Shown piece after piece: positions 18,434-26,765 of a DNA stretch of 40,714 bases. The notes beneath the pieces are model-generated. The model was not told where the DNA came from. It saw only the letters and a list, made by a program, of their open reading frames with translations, and searched no databases. Location: positions 1 through 40,714 of the forward strand of contig MRSU01000092.1 in the NCBI GenBank assembly GCA_008369845.1, in the 5' to 3' direction. Every line of letters begins with the position of its first letter. The stretch's first letter is position 1. Source of the DNA: Trichomonas gallinae. Its lineage: Eukaryota. Position numbers and translations under genes: made by a program.

Positions 18434-19186
18434 TCAGAGTTTATCTCCACGATCATTCCTTTGATCAGATTGGAGCCAAGACATTGTGAATAGCGCAAAT
18501 GGCGAATGTATGATTCCATCATTGCTAACATCTTTATCTTGATACATATTTCCACCGTAATTGCTGTGCTTATCGTTTGATTTGTAGGATCTTTGTGGTG
18601 GAGGTTTAAATGAAAGAACTGCATAACAGACACCAACAAATAACCCAGAAAGAGAGCTTATGTAGCTGGAATCTGGCAGTGCAATATGATATAATAGAGC
18701 AATAACAATGGGATATAATTTAGAAGGAACGTGAAAGACTCCAAAGACCGATCTGAATCTTTGTTCTGTAATATAAACATCAATGGAGCTGATTGCAAGG
18801 ACTAATCCGAACGAACCAATAACCGGATGATAAAAACTCCTGTATTTGTCAATTGATAGTGAAATTATTGAACCGAGTGTATAAGAAGCACCTACTAAAA
18901 CAGATAGTAAAATCGTATGTAATAGGATGCCAAAATGTCCAAGTTTAATTTCAAGACCAGGACCAATCTGTATTAGCACTATGATATTAATCAGTAAGTG
19001 CACTATATTGGTATTGAATAAATGGTAGGTTACTAATCTCCATAGTTGGAATCGAATTACTTTTCCAGGTATCATAGCGTAGTTCCATAAATCCATTATG
19101 TCTATGCAATTATCCTTAGCCATGAAGGTTAGACAAAGCACAGCAATGAAGATAGCATAGACAAATGGAATCCTCGTGAAGTTCAT
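18434..19186 (-). CDS. Rhomboid-superfamily protein, catalytically inactive
   Basis: QLWRLVT, HLLINI and LEIKLG are present. GxS is replaced by GSFG and the TM6 His is absent (ISSLSG). Confidence 0.85.
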   Translation of the reverse strand: MNFTRIPFVYAIFIAVLCLTFMAKDNCIDIMDLWNYAMIPGKVIRFQLWRLVTYHLFNTNIVHLLINIIVLIQIGPGLEIKLGHFGILLHTILLSVLVGASYTLGSIISLSIDKYRSFYHPVIGSFGLVLAISSIDVYITEQRFRSVFGVFHVPSKLYPIVIALLYHIALPDSSYISSLSGLFVGVCYAVLSFKPPPQRSYKSNDKHSNYGGNMYQDKDVSNDGIIHSPFALFTMSWLQSDQRNDRGDKL

Positions 19187-20027
19187 CAAGCAGATGTGTT
19201 CACTTTTTTTGTAAATTTGTGGTGTATGATATATTGTCTATTGAACATTGCATTAATTTAACAAATTGAAAGAAAATCTGTCATCTCTGAATTATTTGAG
19301 ATATATACGATTATTTGACATTTTAATTATATGTCATTACAATAGATATGAAAAATTAAATCATATTATTTTGAAAGCCGTTGAAAATTTCAATTGAAAA
19401 TTAAACACTTTACATTTCAAAATCTGGCATGTAAAGTAAGTATTGTTCTTTTTTTACTCCTAATTTATAAACTTCCTATAATGTTCTTTAAAGCTTAAAT
19501 GCACCATTTATTGTACAAGAAATTTATATTTCACAATGCGTTAAAATCAATCTCAATTTCAATATCATTTTCTCAATATATGAAACAAGTTAAATGCTCT
19601 TACTTTTGATATCTCTAACTTATTCCAGCATTGCAATGGATCCTTATTGCAATATAATTTATTCATGGAACATTAACCAATATTTTGCTGGTATAATATC
19701 ATTCACAGCTTTTGATCCAATACTAGCTTAAAATGCACATAGCTTGAATACAGAATTATAAAATATTTTATAGAATTCTACAATGTTATGCTAAATTCGG
19801 CAAAGCTCTCGATATTCAACATGAATTAAATCATTCTTTTCGATCCAATGCTTATATATTAAATTTGATTTTGGTATTTGAAATAATATTTTCAGATTTA
19901 TGTAGTATTGCGTTAAATTTTGAATATAAAAATTGGTTGACTATGTAGAAGTTTTGCTAAATTGAAGTTTTATAAACAAAAGAATAAATATTAATGAATT
20001 ATGTAAAAGCGTTGAAAATATAACATG

Positions 20028-20234
20028 TTACATCTTATAATGCTTGTCAGGTGTCATAGCTTCATCGAAGAATGGAAGAAGCATGCCAGGAGGCAATTCG
20101 CATTTTGTAATTTTGTTTTCATGCTTATGAAATCTGAATTGATCTACGGTATCCTGTGATTTTTCATCTGCTTCATACTCACCATCAAAAGTGGCTTCCG
20201 TAAAAGAAAAGTTTTGAGAATTATTAATCTCCAT
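20028..20234 (-). CDS. Hypothetical 68-aa protein
   Basis: ATG ORF with coding-like GC, preceded by a promoter-motif cluster at 20244-20295. Confidence 0.6.
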   Translation of the reverse strand: MEINNSQNFSFTEATFDGEYEADEKSQDTVDQFRFHKHENKITKCELPPGMLLPFFDEAMTPDKHYKM

Positions 20235-20542
20235 TGGTAAGTAAAAGTGTCATATTTTATTTTACAAGTCAAATTTATTTTTTACATGTCAAAAATGTTA
20301 ATATTTTTTTTAAAGAATGCTGTGAATCTTCTTCATGTAGTAGTCCTCATAATAATATCATGCAACATCTATCTATTCATGATATAGATGTAAATGCAAT
20401 ATTATAAAGCAAATAATGACTTATTCATTCCATACCTAAATCAACTATTATTTATAAGATGTATAAGGTTAATTTAAAGTGTCAAAAAACATGTAAAATT
20501 TGTCAAATCGTCAAAAAGTTATGTAAAGTTAGTCAAATAAAA

Positions 20543-21235
20543 ATGGGAAATAAAAACGGAGGATTTTATGCTGGTACCGACAAAAATTCCAAGAAAAAGT
20601 CAAAGAAGAAAGCTTCAGAGAAGTCTTCGAATAATCAGGACAATGGACAAAAGAATGATACTAGGTTTTCGGTATATGTTCCTGCAAATAACATACCTGT
20701 TATTCCTTTAGATATAGATCAAGTCATTAAATCATTACAAGAGCGCAATGAACCACTAACAAGAGCAATTCATGAATCATTCGCTTCTTATATTGATACT
20801 ATCAATTCTCAAAACCTCGTAACAACTGCAACTCTTTCTCAAATTGAATCTAATATAGATCAAATCTCAAGTGAATTTAAGTCTGCTACTCTAAATCCTT
20901 TTGTTCATTTGATTATTACTGAATCCCCCGAAAAAATATTAGAATTTACAAAAGATAAAAATGCAGATAGTTATTTCAAGCCAGAACAAACACATTCAAT
21001 TGCTGTTTTAGTTCAATTTCTTAGAAAATCATTACAATTAATTTCAGAATCAAATGAAAACTTTGCCGCTTGGATTTTGGCTGCTATAAACGATATTCCA
21101 AATGAAAATGTACATCGCAATATTACACTACTCAATAAGATACTCAAAAAAGCAGAACCATTTTCTATTTCAAATTGGAAGAAAGTTACAGATGTCATTC
21201 GTTCTAAAGTCTCTGTTGAGAGTAATACAAAATAA
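20543..21235 (+). CDS. Hypothetical protein; Lys-rich N-terminus, C-terminus resembling the EDC4/Ge-1 C-terminal domain
   Basis: TCAAATAAAAATG start (MGNKNGG). Helical C-terminus HSIAVLVQFL..AWILAAINDI..LLNKIL. The family assignment is tentative. Confidence 0.7.
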   Translation: MGNKNGGFYAGTDKNSKKKSKKKASEKSSNNQDNGQKNDTRFSVYVPANNIPVIPLDIDQVIKSLQERNEPLTRAIHESFASYIDTINSQNLVTTATLSQIESNIDQISSEFKSATLNPFVHLIITESPEKILEFTKDKNADSYFKPEQTHSIAVLVQFLRKSLQLISESNENFAAWILAAINDIPNENVHRNITLLNKILKKAEPFSISNWKKVTDVIRSKVSVESNTK

Positions 21236-21552
21236 ATTGTTTCTGTTTATTCTAATTTACTTTTTTGTTATCATATTTTTTTATATTCATGCATATGAAT
21301 AATATCTAGTACAATGATAAATTAAATGTGGAAAATATTATAATGGTTAAAGAATATGTAGATTTTTCAATTATAAGTTTCATGAAAAAAAATATTGCAT
21401 TGTATTATCGTGAATTTTCTCTATAAATAACCCGGAATAAATCAATAGAGAGTCAATATAACAGCATATATGCAGACTTATTTATAATCGTTTGTTTTTC
21501 CTTTTGTTGTTGTTATTTTATTCGACTACATTACGAGGTTGCAATAAATTAC

Positions 21553-21955
21553 GTCAGTAGAACTCATATTTATAATCATAGAAGAAATAACGTAACGAAA
21601 TTTGTAAAAATTAATTCGATTGTTTTTTTACTCCATTGCATCAAGTATATGAAATAAATGAAGTCAATAGAGCTCATATATATAGTAAGAGAATGAATAA
21701 CGAAATAAAGTTTGTAAAAATTCAATCGAATATTATTAAATTCCATTGCAGCTTGTAGATGAAACAAATGGAGTCAATAGAACTCATTTATGAAGTCAAA
21801 GACTGAACAATGAAATAAAGTTTGTAAAAATTAAATCGAATGTTATTTTACTCCAATGTAGCAAGTATACGAAACAAATGGAGTCAATAGAACTCATATT
21901 TGTAATTAAAGACTGAACAACAAAATAAAATTTGTAAAAATTAAATTGAATGTTA
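21553..21955. repeat. Non-coding tandem repeat, 110-bp unit, ~3.7 copies
   Basis: Units begin GTCA(A/G)TAGA(A/G)CTCAT at 21553, 21663, 21773 and 21883, with a shared TTTGTAAAAATT block and (C/T)TCCA(T/A)TG block. Confidence 0.93.
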
Positions 21956-22103
21956 AGTAGTCGACCTTCGATTAAAAATTTGGAATCAAATAACATTATC
22001 TAGACTAAAATTGGGTTAATTATCGTTTTAAGGTTATTTTAACGTCCTTTTTGTCAATTATTTATTAATTTTTTTTTCTTACGTTAAGGAACAGAATATA
22101 AAA

Positions 22104-23087
22104 ATGCAAAGATCGAGACGCATCAGTGTGCAAACAAGTGGCAACATCACTTTTATCACCAACAACAACACAATGAATCAGTCTTACCTCAAAAATCCTC
22201 TTGAAACTAAGCCACAGCAGCCAACTTCTTATCGATATGACGAGAATCTCATCCCGACCGTTCCGAAACAGTCACCAATCAAGCGCATATCGGCTTGCAC
22301 ACTCCATGACCTGATCCAAGGAAAGTATTCAAGTGTCGTTCAAAATATTGAAATCTTCGACTGTCGCTACAAGTATGAGTACGAAGGTGGCCACATTCGC
22401 AATGCTATCCACCTCAGCAGTCTCGAGGATATCGAACAAAGGTTCTTCCAGCAGCCAAAATTCCGTCCAAATTCCGTTTTTGTTTTTCATTGTGAATTCA
22501 GCGTGAATAGAGGCCCTGACTGCGCCGAATATCTTAGGAACACAGACAGGCAGCTGAATCTCAACAAGTATCCCTTTATTTACTACCCACACATCTATAT
22601 TTTAGATGGAGGCTACTCAAACTTCTACAAACAGTTTTCAGTCGATTGCGATGGCGGATATACACCGATGCTTGACTCATATCACTGCAAGAATGGCGAT
22701 TTGGCTCAAAGCACGACTCTCCATCGCAAGAATTTCAAATTGAGCAAAAATAATCATACATCTTCATCTTCTTCTTTGTTTATTCTCTTACCTCCAGCCG
22801 CTAAATCTAATGCTCTTTCTGCTACTCTTCCATGTGCATCAACGCCTTCATTATTAACTTCTGATTACCCAGACAATCCAAGACTAAGAAATAATGACGA
22901 GAACATTGACTTAGTTCAGACAAGACCACAAAATAAGAAGTTTGGGCGCCAATTGCAGTTTAGCTGTTCTGATTCAAGTGATTTTGTAGATGATTCTGAT
23001 GAAGATCCATTTAACAAGACAAATGATCTCAGCATTGATGATGATGAAGATATTCCAATGGGATTGACAATTGATCCCTTCAACTAA
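22104..23087 (+). CDS. CDC25: Cdc25 (M-phase inducer) phosphatase, rhodanese fold
   Basis: DCRYKYEYEGGHI, FHCEFSVNRGP (HCx5R), LRNTDR and YPHIYILDGGY. Confidence 0.96.
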   Translation: MQRSRRISVQTSGNITFITNNNTMNQSYLKNPLETKPQQPTSYRYDENLIPTVPKQSPIKRISACTLHDLIQGKYSSVVQNIEIFDCRYKYEYEGGHIRNAIHLSSLEDIEQRFFQQPKFRPNSVFVFHCEFSVNRGPDCAEYLRNTDRQLNLNKYPFIYYPHIYILDGGYSNFYKQFSVDCDGGYTPMLDSYHCKNGDLAQSTTLHRKNFKLSKNNHTSSSSSLFILLPPAAKSNALSATLPCASTPSLLTSDYPDNPRLRNNDENIDLVQTRPQNKKFGRQLQFSCSDSSDFVDDSDEDPFNKTNDLSIDDDEDIPMGLTIDPFN

Positions 23088-23399
23088 TCAGTTTTACTCA
23101 ATTATTCGAATTATTGTTTGTTTTATTCATGTAAAATGTTTTATTTGTATTAGAGTTCTCTTAAAATATCATTGGTTTTTCCTTTCTAGCTTCTTCTGCA
23201 GCATAAACACAAACTGCTTTTGAGTTTTTATTACAACTAATAAAAACAAGATGTTTGACTGAGACAAGATGTCATTCTTGAGATGAAATGAGGATTGCAT
23301 TGAATTCATTAGATGTGTTCTTTGATGAATCCAAAAGAAATTAAATATCACGCGACATAAATTTTTTAAAAACTATACATCTCTAAATCAGAGTTCTCT

Positions 23400-23790
23400 A
23401 AGAACAGACTCTTGGTCTCAATGAGATTGAAATTTCCATTGATAGATGCTCATTTTAAAGCTGCATTCCCATATTGAACTCTAGTGTCATTGAGACCATG
23501 TTTGGCGAAAATTTTGATAACATATTTGACAACTTTCAACGAAAAGTCACCCAGTAAATTGTTGATCTTTTCGAAGTCTGTTGAATTGATATTTTAATTG
23601 AATATATCTCGCTGGAGTGATGTAATGCGAGCGTTATGTTGATCAATGCCATTTAATGGTTTTTACTCTCAACACTGTTGGCAGAGGCTGATTTTCAATT
23701 CACTCGTTTTATTGAAATGATCAGCTCAAGGGAAATGTTAATAAGTTCATAAAAATCTTCGATTTAATGATGTACCCTTAAACTAATATA
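23400..23790 (-). pseudogene. Decayed ankyrin-repeat-type gene fragment
   Basis: A minus frame reads ..DIFN*NINSTDFEKINNLLGDFS..KHGL..GNAALK*ASINGNFNLIE, an ankyrin-like repeat with in-frame stops. Boundaries are approximate. Confidence 0.5.
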
Positions 23791-23916
23791 TCTGCAAGAA
23801 TGATACATTAAAACAGCTCAAAAGATGAATGTGAAATTTAAAAATGAAAACATGATGATTCAATTTATTTCTAGTTCTGGGACAAAAACATTACAAATTT
23901 CACACTGCTGTGTGTT

Positions 23917-24948
23917 TCAAACAAGAACGCGTTTCATATCAAGATTGGCAGGCTGAGGGGATAAGTTTGGTAACCTCACCATATTTGATTTCTTCATTAC
24001 AACTGTCGGAAGAGGCTGCTTTCGATCTGGAACAACAGAACATATCGTTGGCCTAATCTTTTGATTAGATACAGGACGAACATGCTGGAAAAGCGCTGTT
24101 TCTCGAAGAAGCATTGAATCTGTTGTTAATATAATGGAGAATGGTGGCTGATTTCCAACATAGTTGATGATTCCGCTATATCCCATATAAGAATCTGAAG
24201 ATAACGCAAAGCATCTATCATCAAGGAATTTTTCAACACCTTCACTACTGTTTTTGCCACCAAAAATCACAAAGTCTAATTGATTATTTTCCATAAACTC
24301 TTCAAGGATATCTTCTGATGGAATTACATTAGCCAATCCCGATAAAAACAGCTGGTTTTGATCATTAACACACGGCATAGGCATTGTTTCGTGGAAAATC
24401 TCTTGAATTGTATTATATCTTGAGAAAAGACTCGAGCGAGAACATATAACATTATTCGAAATCATCGCAGCTAGAGGCATATATGTGAATATATCTAAAA
24501 ATATCGACTTCAAGTTAGAATTCGGTCCATAAGTAAATTCAATACTTGAAGCGAGCGTTCTTGGACCTTTCGATGGATAAAACTCGTTAGAACCTCTTAA
24601 GAGTGTAACTTGTGAAGGGAATAAGTAGTATAAAGAGAACAAAAATATCAAAACTTCGAGTGAAAATTCGCCAAAATTAACATAATTACCCAAAAATATG
24701 TAATTTTGAATGGGAGGCAGCCCATGGATTGCAAGAATTTGGAGTAAATTTAAGAAATTTCCGTGTAAATCGCCGACTATAATAACACCAGGTTTTCTTT
24801 GAATAACAGGTGGCTGGATCTTAATTATATCCTTAACTTCATTGCATAGTGATGCTACATCCTTTTCATCGAAGACAGGAATTGGAAATGTTCTTCCTAT
24901 CTGCGATGGACCATTTTTCCACTGAATTAGGAGCTTCTTAAGTTCCAT
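23917..24948 (-). CDS. PPP-family Ser/Thr phosphatase-like protein, probable pseudophosphatase
   Basis: VGDLHG is kept, GDYVDRG becomes GNYVNFG, RGNHE becomes RGSNE, and the HGG and RxH motifs are absent. Confidence 0.9.
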   Translation of the reverse strand: MELKKLLIQWKNGPSQIGRTFPIPVFDEKDVASLCNEVKDIIKIQPPVIQRKPGVIIVGDLHGNFLNLLQILAIHGLPPIQNYIFLGNYVNFGEFSLEVLIFLFSLYYLFPSQVTLLRGSNEFYPSKGPRTLASSIEFTYGPNSNLKSIFLDIFTYMPLAAMISNNVICSRSSLFSRYNTIQEIFHETMPMPCVNDQNQLFLSGLANVIPSEDILEEFMENNQLDFVIFGGKNSSEGVEKFLDDRCFALSSDSYMGYSGIINYVGNQPPFSIILTTDSMLLRETALFQHVRPVSNQKIRPTICSVVPDRKQPLPTVVMKKSNMVRLPNLSPQPANLDMKRVLV

Positions 24949-25499
24949 GAATACGAGATTAGATATGGATTTCTTCCCGAAATCGGAAGTAGAATGTAAG
25001 TGCGGATGAATGACTGACTTCGTTTTTTTTTCTATAAATTTGACGATAAATATAACTTCAATTTCGTAATTTTTGAATCTATACTCTCATAAAAATATAT
25101 ATTATAATGAACAATAAATATTTTTGAAGGGTGCCAAAAAATTTCGAATTCAAATTCATTTTTATTTATTTTTAATATACGTGAGCTAATTCATAAATTA
25201 AATTGATTAATATTTTTGAATTCTTCTTCAGATTATTCGTATAATATGGTAATAGGAATTATGTTCCGATATTAATTAAAAATATTCTATGAAAAAACAG
25301 ATAGCTTTTGAGGGGACTTTTCAATCGTGTAAAGAAAATTCAATAATATGATAATTGGTCGATGATTAGTAGGTCATTGCCATAACAATATAACAGAAAT
25401 TTTTCAGACGAAATAATTTGTTTGGTGGCTTCATTTTTTAAATTTATCATAAATCTAATTCTGCAGCAATTTTGCATGTAATTGCAAAAATATTTGTTA

Positions 25500-25829
25500 C
25501 TTCATTCAAAAACTAACAAAAGCCAACATTTATAAAATCATAACCTTCGGCTATAAAAAAACCTAAATCTCCAATTGCTGGGTAAAATATACAATTAATT
25601 AACTTCCACAAAATATTTCGATGGCAAAGACGGATGTGACACTATTGTATTATCGTTCTCATTCAAAATATCCTAACCATGCTTGTCCAACAGTTTATCT
25701 ACATAATTAAAGTTGATTTCGATTTCTATTTTTCATCAAGGAAATGATCTGCACCATACCTAAACATTGAACATGTGTTCCAACGCCAGCATGATTGAAT
25801 CCCTATACAAAATTGATATTTTTGGCATT
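25500..25829 (-). pseudogene. Decayed coding remnant
   Basis: TTCAAAAAATG start context at 25829, then frameshifted and stop-broken peptides (FRYGADHFLDEK*, IEINFNYVDKLLDKHG*DIL..). Boundaries are approximate. Confidence 0.3.
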
Positions 25830-26086
25830 TTTTGAATTTTTCAAATTTAATTTCAGCATTTGGTCATGTAAATTTAAAAATTATCTATACTTTAAACAAT
25901 GTAACAATCTTTAAAGTTTGACATGCATGATATATATCTGTTGAAGATTTCGATGAAAAATAATTTGCTAATGACTTAAGCGGGTTAGTATAATTTACGA
26001 ACAATATCATGTAAAATTAGTCAAAATTGTATCCTTTTCACTATGTTTTCAGTTCAAAAAAAGGGTTTTTGATATGAAATTAAATA

Positions 26087-26281
26087 TAGTGCCCGCAAAA
26101 AGTAAAGTCCACCTGTTTCTGATATTTACATTAGGGAAAAACCCACAAGGAAAAACTTCATAATCTTTAATGTTTGCATATCATTCGCGACCTAAAATAG
26201 ACAAGTATGGAAGAGAAATAAGACAAGTCTTATGTTTACAAAGGTCTCAATATTGAGAGACTTTACTTTTTGCGGCTACTA
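26087..26281. mobile_element. MITE (non-autonomous Tc1/mariner-type element) with TA target-site duplication
   Basis: TA|TAGTGCCCGCAAAAAGTAAAGTC ... GACTTTACTTTTTGCGGCTACTA|TA gives 23-bp TIRs with 2 mismatches. The element is 195 bp with no ORF. Confidence 0.85.
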
Positions 26282-26765
26282 TATTCTCAATAAAAAATAC
26301 AATATAATCAAATTTATTTGTCATAGAGAGATTATGAATTAAAAATATATTATAATGGAACATAGAATATCCATATAAATACTAGATTTTCGATCAATGA
26401 AACTATTTTTTATTGAAATTGAAGCATAAAGCATCGCAAAATCGATTCAGCTAGAGACCTATTTTCGGAATATATTGTAGAAAATTCCCAAACTTCATTC
26501 TCTCTTTTTCATTGTGAAGATTTTCTCTTTTAAGTTTGCATATATCATTCAGCAGACAAAAATACACCGAAATATAGTAAAAAGAAGACTTTTAAAGACT
26601 TTCATAATTAAATTTGATGCAGTGGCACTTTTTTTCAAATTCAAAATCTCCGAAAATCATCCCTGTAAGATGCTCTTTAAAAGCAGATACGATTTCTTAA
26701 AAAATTATAATCGAGTGAAGTATTGGTTGTCACTTTTATACTTTTTTATTTCAATAAATTAAAAA

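Noticed and set aside
21553..21955. CRISPR or coding-repeat interpretation of the 110-bp array, and ORFs 21576-21767 / 21796-21996
   Set aside because: Whole units are homologous (no unique spacers), the context is eukaryotic, and the period is not a multiple of 3.
26514..26762. 82-aa ORF upstream of the talin-like gene
   Set aside because: GTG start, AT-rich promoter-like composition, and it ends in a stop just before the real ATG.
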